Part shown: in pieces, positions 38,168 through 48,705 of the stretch
How positions within the stretch are numbered: the stretch's first letter is position 1
Layout of the letters: each line of letters begins with the position of its first letter
Assembly (NCBI GenBank): GCA_964016885.1
Contig: OZ024755.1
Span: 27,032,001-27,096,000, forward strand
Length of the DNA stretch: 64,000 nt
Origin: Eledone cirrhosa
Lineage: Eukaryota
Direction: 5' to 3'
Notes under the pieces: model-generated
Seen by the model: the letters and a program-made list of their open reading frames with translations, nothing else
Database searches by the model: none
What the model was told of the DNA's origin: nothing
Program-made: the position numbers and the translations under genes

Positions 38168-38625
38168 TTTTGGAAATATTTATTTAATTGCGTTTGTAAT
38201 GCATCCAACATTTAAGCCTGACTTATCGTTAAGTCTTTTAATCATTTTCATAAAGCACATTAAATTTGTTTGCACACTTGTTTTTTTCCTTTTTTTGGTT
38301 ATATTTTTATATATACTTGTCAAACGAATGCCATCAGTGTTTTAATTAAAAAGGTATCAGTGTAAGCATATTTCAATGGATGTTACTTTATACATGTTAC
38401 TTGTAATTAAAAATTAAATTATATTTCTGATCCCAAGGGCTTTACAAACCAGTGTTTTAAGACACTTATATTCATCTGCTTATTTAATAAATTAGTTGTC
38501 CTTCCATTGAAGAAATCACCTGTCATCATCCGATGTTGATGGCCATGAGAATCAATACTCAATGCTGAAGTAAAGTTTAAATATTCTTTATTATGGTTAA
38601 GTGAAAACTCTTCACTTAACCATAA

Positions 38626-38842
38626 TAGTTTCTTATATAGGCACAAGGCCAGCTATTATGGGGGAGGGGAAAGTTGATTAAATCGACCCCAGTGTGTGAC
38701 TGGTACTTTATTTTATCGACCCCGTAAAGATGAAAGGAAAAGTTAATCTCGGCGAGATTTGAACTTAGATCATAAAGGGCCGTAACTCTATGCTGCAAAG
38801 CATGGCACCCGACTCTTTATCGATACTGCCAATCCACCGCCC
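38626..38842 (-). mobile_element. SINE family A (long variant)
   Basis: TSD CTTCACTTARCCATAATA on both sides. Confidence 0.88.
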
Positions 38843-38933
38843 TTCACTTAGCCATAATAACATATGTATATATTTATTATGGACTGTCTTCTGATTGATG
38901 CATAAGGGCCAAAAATGTTACTTTATATATATA

Positions 38934-39267
38934 CAGTGTATCCCTGTCATTCACGGTCCCGGTTATTTGTGGAATTTTCCTTAGACTAAACTAATAATTA
39001 TTTGTGGAAACCACCTCATGTTTGCAGAATCATAAATATCTTCCGCGTTTTTTTAATGACTTTTTTCCTGGCAATATATATATTTTTTAAACTAAATTAT
39101 TAACAACAATATACTGTATTTGGCAGCCTATTGGACACCCCTTCACATGAGACGCTCCCTCTTTTTTTATACTATTTTATGTTATATTTTGACGTTTATA
39201 GGCATTTTTATGGACCACGTCCAATATTTTCAGTTTTTCACTCTTCACGAATACCGGGGGACTACTA
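38934..39267. mobile_element. pogo/Tigger-like MITE
   Basis: TA-CAGTGTATCCC ... CGGGGGACTACT-ATA; body homologous to 59650-59922. Confidence 0.65.
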
Positions 39268-39689
39268 TATATATATATATGTATATATGTATATATATAT
39301 ATATATCATCATCATCGTCGTTTAACATCCATTTTCCATGCTAGCATGGTTTAGACGGGTTGTCCCATTAGAGGCAAGTTGGGTCAGGTGATCGTGTCTT
39401 GCTCATATAGAACTGTTTCTAGCTTGGTTTCTATGCCTGGATGCCTTTCCTAACACCAACCACATTTACAGTGTGTGCTGGGTGCTTTTTATCATGACTT
39501 CAACACAACCACTTTACAGTGCGGGCTGGGTGCTTTTTGTAATGACACCCACATGACCACTTTACAGTGTGGGCTGAGTGCTTTTTGTCTTAAAACCTAT
39601 GTGACCCCTTTACAGTGTAGACTGGGGGGGGCTTTGGTGGGAAGGGTGAAATACTCATGTGAATGTGTGTGTTTTTTTAAAAATAATAT

Positions 39690-39765
39690 GTATAATTTGG
39701 CAACAGTACTTCCAATGTAAGAGCCACCACATTTTTTACATGTTATTTTGTGAACAACATAGGAC
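39690..39765 (-). mobile_element. Penelope-like GIY-YIG N-terminal fragment
   Basis: Minus strand encodes YVVHKITCKKCGGSYIGST, matching the VVYxIxCxxCxxxYIG pattern. Confidence 0.6.
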
Positions 39766-39779
39766 CTCAAGCACATATC

Positions 39780-40236
39780 CACATTACAGATGGGATTTCA
39801 CCAAGACTCAGGAATTCTAGACTGGTTGTTCATGGGAACTCTTATATGTTGATGATTTAGCCTTCATCATCAAAATGGTAAAAAAAGCTAGAGACATTTA
39901 AGACATGGAAGCAAAATCTGGAATTGAAAGGTTTCAGACATAGGTAAGACTAAAGTTTTAGTAAGTAGAAAAGAGGGTAAAACACTGCTACCATCTTGGA
40001 AATAGTTGTGTTCAACATACTGAAAGGAAGTTGGTAGGAATTATATAATGTGTACCCAGTTTAAACTGTGAACACACAAAAAAATGTAATGAAATCGCAA
40101 TTACACTGACAGAGGGTGGACTTTGTATTTGCCAAATGTACAGTAGTCAACTATAAGTAAACAATCTACCTATAATGCTCAGAAGGCTCACTAGAAGTAG
40201 TAAAAAGCTTTTGCTATCTAGGTGACCTCATTGGCA
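39780..40236 (+). mobile_element. Highly degenerate RTE RT fragment
   Basis: GCSWELLYVDDL and downstream sequence colinear with about 23790-24245. Confidence 0.75.
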
Positions 40237-40589
40237 TATTTCCTCTTTATTACTAACTCTAATATTTCAAATTAAATTTTGATTAAGTCTTTCTTTACTA
40301 TATTTTAAAACTAATCAAGAACTTGGAAATATTCATTTAGTAATGTAACTAGCTCTCTCATTATTAAGATGGTGTTTGGAGCAACACTTAACAAAGGTTC
40401 TTACATAACATTATGATAGAAGCTTTTTAGATAACTGTAAACACTCTAAAATAAAAAGCTTGATATCAGAAAACCAAGGGATTTCAGGCAACTTAGTATC
40501 AAATGAGTTAACTGTTCTAACTTCTCTCGTTTGTTCCTGTCCTTCCCCTAACATATATAAAAAGACTATATATGCATATATATTATATC

Positions 40590-40611
40590 TTTAATTTCTC
40601 TTATTTTGCAG
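40590..40611 (+). promoter_or_regulatory. Splice acceptor of the WDFY3 start-codon exon
   Basis: Pyrimidine tract TTTAATTTCTCTTATTTTGCAG; exon begins 40612 with 20 nt of 5' UTR. Confidence 0.8.
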
Positions 40612-40631
40612 CTGTTACCGGCTAAAAAAAA

Positions 40632-40829
40632 ATGAGTTTTATGCGGAAGCTAGTTAGCCCTCGGGCAACACCAGAGCCATCAACCTCTGCGGCAATCAGC
40701 TCACAGGATAATGCTCTTGGTTTGATGCATCTGAGGAAACTATTTGCGGAGTTCCGCCAGCCACAAGGAAATGTTACTCAGAAAGAACAGGAGGATAAAC
40801 TCTACAACATGTTACCTCTCTTCTGCAAG
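40632..40829 (+). CDS. WDFY3: WD repeat and FYVE domain-containing protein 3 (Alfy/blue cheese), first coding exon, 66 codons
   Basis: SQDNALGLMHLRKLFAEF..TQKEQEDKLYNMLPLF matches the WDFY3 N-terminus as I recall it (QDNALGLMHLRRLF..TQKEQEEKLYMMLPVF); canonical AAG|GTAAGT phase-0 donor at 40830. Confidence 0.93.
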
Positions 40830-41138
40830 GTAAGTTCACAACACTACATACTTAATGAACGGTGTGTGTGTGTAGCAAATTGAAAGTGTCTTTGGATCTT
40901 CATACAGAAAATTGTTCTAAAAGCGAGAAACTCAATCCAATGTTTGATCACTGGGGTTACAACTACACATTGTAAAACAATTGATTTGTAAAGAATTACA
41001 ACTACCAGAAAAGTAATTCTTATCACTATATATATATATATGGCATAGACATTACAATACAACAGGAGGAAACATAATAGTACCACTGATGATGTCACAG
41101 GTGTGTGATGAAAGAACTTTGATAGACTGTATATATAT

Positions 41139-41394
41139 ATAGTTATGTAATAAACAACATAAGGCAATTATTCAATTTACCAGTGGTTTCTTAAAAGCAA
41201 AAAATTTTGCTTTCAATCATCAGAATGAAAAAAAATCCTGGTGTATTTATTGATATTGGATTCTAAAAACCAATTTTTAGAATCCAATATCAATAAATAC
41301 ACCAGGATTCTGATGATTGAAAGCAAAATTTTTTGCTTTTAAGAAACCACTGATAAATGGAATAATTGCCTTATTTTGTTTATTACATAACTAT
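41139..41394. repeat. Long near-perfect inverted repeat (putative inverted Penelope terminal repeat)
   Basis: Arms 41139-41269 and 41274-41394, loop CCAA, 3 mismatches and one ~10-nt bulge. Confidence 0.95.
41174..41227 (-). ncRNA. Minimal hammerhead motif in left arm (mirror copy on + at 41306-41360)
   Basis: CATT-CTGATGA-TTGAAAGCAAAA tt TTTTGCTTTTAA-GAAA-CCACTGG-TA-AAT on the minus strand. Confidence 0.6.
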
Positions 41395-41456
41395 TAAGCT
41401 CTGTTACCTACATAGAGCACTCTTTTTTCCTGGACTTTTCCGACAGAATTACTTCA

Positions 41457-41525
<69 letters not shown>

Positions 41526-41526
41526 C

Positions 41527-44469
41527 TTGAGATGAATCAATAAGACAATAGAGATAGTTCGAGTTAGTAATTGAATAATTAAGCTTAGATTAGTTGTAGG
41601 CAGAAGACTACTGACAATCATCTCTGCCTATGCTCCCCAAGCAGGCCTAGGCAAAGAAGAGAAAGACTGCTTTTATGAGCAAATTTTTCAAACAACCGCA
41701 ATGACAGAGGACAGAGACATCGTTATACTAGCAAGGGACTTCAATGGTCATGTTGGACAGCTCCAGGATGGTTACACTGGTGTACATGGTTACAGCTGAA
41801 GAAATGAAGAAGGATTGAGACTTCTTGTATTTTGTGATGCAAGTACACTGACTATTTGCAACACTAACTTTCAGAAACCTACCAACCACCTAATAACCTA
41901 CAAATCAGGCGAGCATATAAGCCAGATTGACTTCTTACTAGTTAGGCACTGACTTTACTGACAGCACCTCTGAAGAAAAGTTTGCACTGTCCTCACAAGC
42001 CATTCCTCAACACCTAGTTTCCTTAGGGACCACCAGATGACAGATCGGGGTACTCTATCAAAGGCCTTCTCTAGGTAAACAAAGGCTAAGTATAGTGGCT
42101 TATTCTTCTCTAAGAATCTATCTTGTAATTGTCTCACCAAGAAGAGGGCATCTGTTGTACAAAACCAGGTACAAAACCAAACTGCATCTCATCTAGTTTG
42201 ACCCTTTCTCTAATTAGTTGTGCTAATATCCTTTCTGCTACTTTCATAACCTGATCCATCAGTTTTATACCTCTATAATTGCACCTCTCCAGAGCATCCC
42301 CTTTACCTTTGTAGCAATTTATGAGAATACTGCTGAATCGGTCTTTAGGTATGACACCACCATATATAGCCTGATTGATGATGCGTACAACCAGCTTAGT
42401 ACCTACGTCCCCTGATGCCGTCAGCATCTCAGCAACTATCCCCGACGGTCCAGCAGCCTTACCATTTTTCATTTCTTTAATCGCCTCTTGGACCCTATAT
42501 TCATCAATCTCAATAGCTGGTCCCTCTGTCGGATCTACTGAGGGTAATTTCTCTCTCTCCCATTCGTTCTCCACATTCATCAGTCTCTCATAATGACATT
42601 TCCAGGCCTCCTTTTTCTGATCATAATAATAATAATGAAAATATTGCATACAGTGCTCAGGTACACTACAACTCATCAAAAAGTGTATGTATAGTACATA
42701 GGGTAATGTATAAACGTCAGGAAAATGAACAGTGCATGAGTCATGATATACACATGTGTGCATGTGTATGGAAGGGGTACATCAGGTGTAGTTTTGGCGA
42801 ATTTTGGGAAGCATGAGGGTTTTAAAGGATGCAGTGTCTCAGCAGCTAACAACTGAAATCATTTGTGACACTAAGTACACCGGCATCATTCCAGACACAT
42901 CTATCTCCAACAACATCCTGATTTGCATTGACACACTGCCTTGCAATGTGGAACACCGCATGCCTTTGATCTTCCCATCGCAGAACATTGGCAAACCTCC
43001 TACTCTCAGCCTCCCTGCGTGCTAAGTACACCTGACGCCTAGCTTCTCTCTTAGCGGCTGTATATCCTTCCCTACTCCCACCCTTTTTCCAAGCCTTCCA
43101 TGCTAGTCTTTTGTCTCTAATGGCCTTATCTACTGTACTGTTCCACCACGAAGTCACCCTCTGTCTGGTTGGAGCTCTGCTCCAGCCACAAGTTTCATCA
43201 GTAGCCTGCAGTAAGTTGACATGTAAGAAATTCCAGTTATTATCTATGTCATATGTCTCTAAATCGTCTTCTTTTTCGTCATACACATCTTAAAGGGCTT
43301 TCCTAAATTTGTATTTTAGTGAAAAGTCTTTTAGCTTCCAGACCTTTCTTCTCCACACCTTCTTGTATGTCTCATTCCATCTCTTGCTTACTGAGATATC
43401 ATTAACGACTAACCTATGCTGTGGGGTACATTCTTCCCCAGGGTATGCCTTGGTATTTGACACCATCTACTTGCTGACGATCTGGTTCTTATAGCAGAAT
43501 CAGTAAAGGAGCTAGAGAATAAATTCTGGCTATGGAAACAGCAGTTGGAAGCAAGAGGACTGAGAGTGAACCTAGCTAAGACAAAAGTGTTGATGAGTAG
43601 AAAAGAGGACAAAACTCTGATTCCATCAGGGAAATGGCCATGTTCGATATGCAGAAAAGGAACTGGCATAAATTCTATAAAATGCACACAATGCAGATCT
43701 TGGGTACACAAGAGATGTAGTGAGATAGCAGGCAAACAAACAGGAAGGGAGAAATACGTACGCAGTAGATGTACAGGGAAATTAGACAGTAGAAGTCGCA
43801 TTGATAGACACATTTTTCAAATGCAGGTGGTTGCTATAGAAGTGGTGGATAGCTTCCGGTACCTAGGAGATCAGATTAGCATGGGAGGGGGGTGTTCCGA
43901 GGCCATAGTATCTAGAATAAGGACGAGTTGGAAGAAGTTTAGGGAGCTGCTTCCTCTGCTGACGAAGAAGGGTTTCTCCCTGCGTACGAAAGGCCGGTTG
44001 TATGATGCCTGTGTGAGGAGCACGATGCTGCAAGGTAGTGAGACATGGGCAGCAACTGCAGAGGATATTCGATGGCTGGAGAGAAATGAGGCAAGCATGC
44101 TCTGTTGGATGTGCAATGTGAATGTGAGTGAACGACCCAGCATGAATGTGTTGAGAGAGAAACAAACTGTGTCTGAGAGAGGGATAGAATGTAGTGTGCG
44201 AGAGAGGAGACTGCGGTGGTATGGACATGTGATGCGCATGGAGGATAACCGATGGGTGAAGAAGTGCCAGGAAATGCCAGTTGAAGGAAGATGTGGTAGA
44301 GGTAGACCACGAAAAACACGAAGTGGTGAGAACAGATCTCAGATCGCTGAAGCTCACGGTGGAGATGACGAAGGACCGTGACAAGTGGAGAGATGCTGTA
44401 CTGAATAAGACCCGTCCTACCCTTGCAAGCAGGGAAAAGCGGACGTAAAATGATGATGATGATGATGAT
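41527..44469 (+). mobile_element. RTE-clade LINE 2, rearranged (+/-/+)
   Basis: APE remnant + (41527-41950), inverted APE-RT segment (41955-43470), RT C-terminus + from ADDL (43473) to (GAT)n tail. Confidence 0.93.
42623..42857 (-). mobile_element. CR1-type LINE 3' fragment nested in RTE LINE 2
   Basis: Homologous to 58063-58297; (TTA)n tail; ATCAT duplicated at flanks; interrupts SVTND|QKKEAW. Confidence 0.85.
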
Positions 44470-44635
44470 CTGCATTTTTAACCATTGGTCAATCAATGAG
44501 AAACATTGATTGCCAGATAAATTAACTATGGAGATATAAAAGATACAGAAGCGAAAACCAATCCAATCCAAACAGTGAGTGTTTTATTATTACTAGGAAT
44601 ATTCTAACAATATAACCCTCCCCAAATATAACAAT

Positions 44636-44684
<49 letters not shown>

Positions 44685-44740
44685 TACATATCTCTACATT
44701 GTACTGTGTTGTTTGCTTTTTTGTGTCTGTTTACTTTTTG

Positions 44741-44788
<48 letters not shown>

Positions 44789-45067
44789 CACACTCTAAAG
44801 TTGTTGGTGATAGGAAGGGCATCTAGCCATAGAAAACTTGTGAAACAAATTGCCAGGATGAGTCTCCAGTTGTGTCAAAGACATGATAACCACCCTAGTG
44901 TTGGTGTTTAGGTAGACTGTGGAAACGTGTGTAAGCAAGAGGAAGGTCGCAGGCCCATCTGAGAGGTCAGCAGCTTCACATGAGTTCTGACTTGGTCTGC
45001 AATAAATTGTACAATCTTTGCTAGAAGGGAAAACTACTGTTGAATGATAATGATATTATATATATGG

Positions 45068-45248
45068 GGATTGGCAGTATCAGTAGAAGGTCGGATGTCA
45101 TGCTTTGCAGCATAGAGTTGCGGCCCTTTATAGTCTGAGTTTAAATTCTGCCGAGGTTAACTTTGCCTTTCATTCTTATGAGGTCGATAAAATAATGTAC
45201 CAGTAATGCACTGGGACAATTGCTGACCTTGTGCCAAAAGTAGAAACA

Positions 45249-45252
<4 letters not shown>
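45068..45252 (+). mobile_element. SINE family A
   Basis: Family consensus. Confidence 0.82.
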
Positions 45253-45280
<28 letters not shown>

Positions 45281-45489
45281 ACCCCTTAGCCTTTGTCAAG
45301 GCAGAATTCTAGGAGAAGGAAAACTCTGATATAACACCTGCAACCCTGATGGTATCCAATGATATTGACTTATTCTTCTTTTTGGTAAATATCATCTTGG
45401 TTAAGAGAGTGGGACTGGCTTTGTGCAGTGCCTTTGCTCACTATAAAAGCTTCACGGCACAGCCATTGCATTATATCTGGAGATCTCTC

Positions 45490-45724
45490 TGCACTTGTCA
45501 TCACATGGTACCATGGGCCCAGCACTATGTGTCAATAATTGTCAGAAGTGTAGTGTTTGTACCAGAGTTTTCAAGTCGCTGGCTGGACTAAAAAGTCACA
45601 CTCGTTCAGCGCATCGGTAGGAGTTCTCTTACATGGATATAAAGTAGTGGCCGTACTCGAAAAAGAGTTGGCAGCCACCGTGTATGTATGTATATGTATG
45701 TATGTATACGTACGTATGTATATG

Positions 45725-45730
<6 letters not shown>
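45490..45730 (+). mobile_element. LINE 3' end with C-terminal C2H2 zinc finger and (GTAT)n tail
   Basis: 45549-45620 reads CSVCTRVFKSLAGLKSHTRSAHR-stop, followed by a short UTR and GTAT repeats. Confidence 0.6.
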
Positions 45731-45786
<56 letters not shown>

Positions 45787-47509
45787 CGTATGTGTGTGTG
45801 CAGCTTATATTGGAGCTCATGTTTACCTAATTCTTTTTCATAAGTGAGTCAGAGAAGGGGGAGTAGTGCTATTGATTTTTGCCAGCTCTCCCTGAGTGGT
45901 GATATCAATGTAGTTGATGCTGAGCCAGGTCAATGTATGCAGTAAGAATGTGTGTGAGTAAGTGGCCTAATGTGCTATCTTGTCCAAATACTTGCTAACG
46001 AGTGAATTCTGATAAAAACACTCAAGGGCCAGGTGGTGGTGTTTAACAGAGTGATGTGTTAGGCATACCCTCACATATACGTTTTGGGATGCTTAAAAGA
46101 AACTTGATAAAATAGATTGAACTAAAAACAGTTTTAAAAAAAGTATTAGCATCCATAACAATGTTTATGTACAAGAGCGATTGTTTGTGTATATGTGCCT
46201 TTGTGTGTATGTGTATGTGAGTTTGTGTTTAGCATTGGTATTGTTTAGCCCTGGGTCAGTTCTGATCAAATAGATCTTTAATCAAAGGCGTTTCGGCTGT
46301 GACTGCCCCATCTTTTTCCTATGTACAAGGAACTCATGAGCATCGAGTTGGTTCTTTTCTAAGATTGAGTGGGGGGTAAGGGAAATTTGGCTACTTTTTC
46401 CATAGAAGCTCAATTTGGGGCTCAAATATAATATATATGTGTGTGTTTGAGTATATGCATGTTTCTAAAATAAAAGTGAGAAGCAGAGATCTGCCAAATA
46501 TAGTTGTACATATCTACTGGCCTTCTCAGTCTAACATTTACATTTAAAAAATATAATCTGATCTGTAATTTGAAGACCACATGTTGCAAATTTGTGACCT
46601 CAATTCTTTTTCTATGTGTTTCAATTATTGTTTTGAAATTAATCGAAAATATGATGTTTGTAACAAGTTAGTAAAGCTTTTTGCATTAGTGAATGAATGT
46701 TTTAATTTAACTACGAGCACTTTAAACAAGCAGGTGATGAAGGACAACATTCCCAAACATTAGATTCTTCACTTCTCAATTAAACTTAAAACACACAATA
46801 TCCTTCATATTAAATAGAACCTCAAAGGAAGCTAGCTACACCTATACAGATGTGAATCTTTGCAAGAACAGCAACAGCTTTCCTATTGACTAATTTTTGC
46901 TGACATAGACCCTTGCCAGTTTCCTTGGAATCCAGATTTTATTCTTTCTGTGTGGCCTCTATTCCTATATTAAGGCTGGAAATACATAATCAAAGTTACT
47001 GTTTGTTATGTTAAGAATCTGTTAAACTAGTCAAGTCTCCTTGCCTTCTAAACATTTATATAATCATCAAGGCTTCAAGTATCTTTAAACACAATCACAA
47101 TTGAAAAGAAAAAGAAGAGAACACCAAAGAATTATTATATAAACACAGAATAATTAGAATTTCCTGTCCACATTTTTTTAATTCTTGCCATTATGTTTAT
47201 AAGACATAATTAGCAACTTTTTTTTTAGGGCTTTGGTGGGGGATATTTTCAAATGGGAGCAAGTACTGTTTTACTTTGAAGAGATTTATTGGTGGGAATA
47301 TAAGAAATATTCATATCTATTTTTAGAATGTAATAATGTAAAGTGGAGGTGCGTGGCTTATGATCATCATGTTGTGGGTTCGATTCCTGGGCTGGGTTGC
47401 GTGTTGTGTTCTTGAGCAAAACACTTCATTTCACGTTGCCCCAGTATACTTAGCTGAAAATGAGTACCAGCAGTAGCTTGGGGTTTAACCCTGAGATGGA
47501 CTGGCATCC

Positions 47510-47660
47510 TCATGGTCAAGAGGAGAAAGTTGAGGTGATTTGGGCTTGTGATAAGATCAGACAGACTCTCTAGAATGATTCTCCAAGGAACAGTGCAGGG
47601 GAGAAGAGAAGGCAGGGCAGATAGAGGAATTGGTGGATTGACAACAAATTTTAGTGGATG
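47510..47660 (+). mobile_element. Degenerate RTE/BovB-like C-terminal fragment
   Basis: RRKLR*FGLVIRSD..ILQGTVQGRR..WIDN. Confidence 0.6.
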
Positions 47661-48413
47661 GCGAGATTATAGAATTATAATAGTAAATTAGAAAATATGT
47701 TTTATTAAGGCTTTATTTTGTCTTTTTAAATTCTTATCAGTTTGTACATGTGTTTCATTGCTGGCATATTTTCAGCCATATCTGCTATACCCACATTTAA
47801 CATTAGCTAAGAAGTATCTTAATGCACAAGCAACAAGTTCTTTAGTTCCTTTTAGCCATCACAGCTAAAGCAGTGCCAAAATATCTTAGACAAATTATGT
47901 TTTTTGAAATTGTTTTAATACTTTTCCTTGCTATGTCAAATGGTATGTCTGAATTCATTGCTTTAATTTTCAGTAAACAGCAATATTGTGGAAAAGGGTG
48001 GGGTTTACAAATTTAATTTTGTAAGTATTAACCTAACTGAGGACCTTTCATGGTCTCACTGTACTTGTTTGCTGGAGAAGAAGGTTAAGAAATGTATGTT
48101 CTACCTTTGGATGTGAGGCAAACTGAACTTTCTTTGTCCAACTTCTAATATTAAAACCTACAGCAATACAGTAAGGTATGGTACTTAGACAATCTGAATT
48201 TTGTCATCAAATTAAGTGAAATACTTGACAATCATGAGCAGTACTATCCAGAATTGGATGATCTGCTAAATTGATTTTAAAATCAGTCTCAACCTAGTTT
48301 CCCTCCTGACTGCACCCATGGAAAGAGAAGAACTTGGCATTGAAAGGAAATAAAATATTTGTTAATTTTACAATGCTGTTGCTTTAAACAGCAATAAACC
48401 AATTTAGCTAGGT

Positions 48414-48705
48414 CAGAGGTTCTCAAACTTTCGGAGCCACTGCTCCCCCTCACGGCCACATAAAACCCTCAGCGCCCGCCCCCACTCCAATTTCCAGAGA
48501 GACCTGCCTACACACAAATTATAAATAATATATAATAAATAAAATCGTTAATTTATATATAATAAATAATATGTATCATTTGATATTTAATATACTGTTA
48601 TATCATCTCTACCGTCCCCACCACCCCCTTGAGCCCCAGCTACCGCTTGGACCTTCTCAACACTCCCACCTGGGGTAGGGGTAGCGCCTACTTTGAGGAC
48701 CTCTG
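48414..48705. mobile_element. hAT-type MITE H2, intact
   Basis: TIRs CAGAGGTTCTCAAA / TTTGAGGACCTCTG; perfect 8-bp TSD AGCTAGGT. Confidence 0.92.

Noticed and set aside
40830-40883. Extension of the WDFY3 ORF to the stop at 40883
   Set aside because: Similarity ends at a canonical GTAAGT donor; the remainder is intron read-through.
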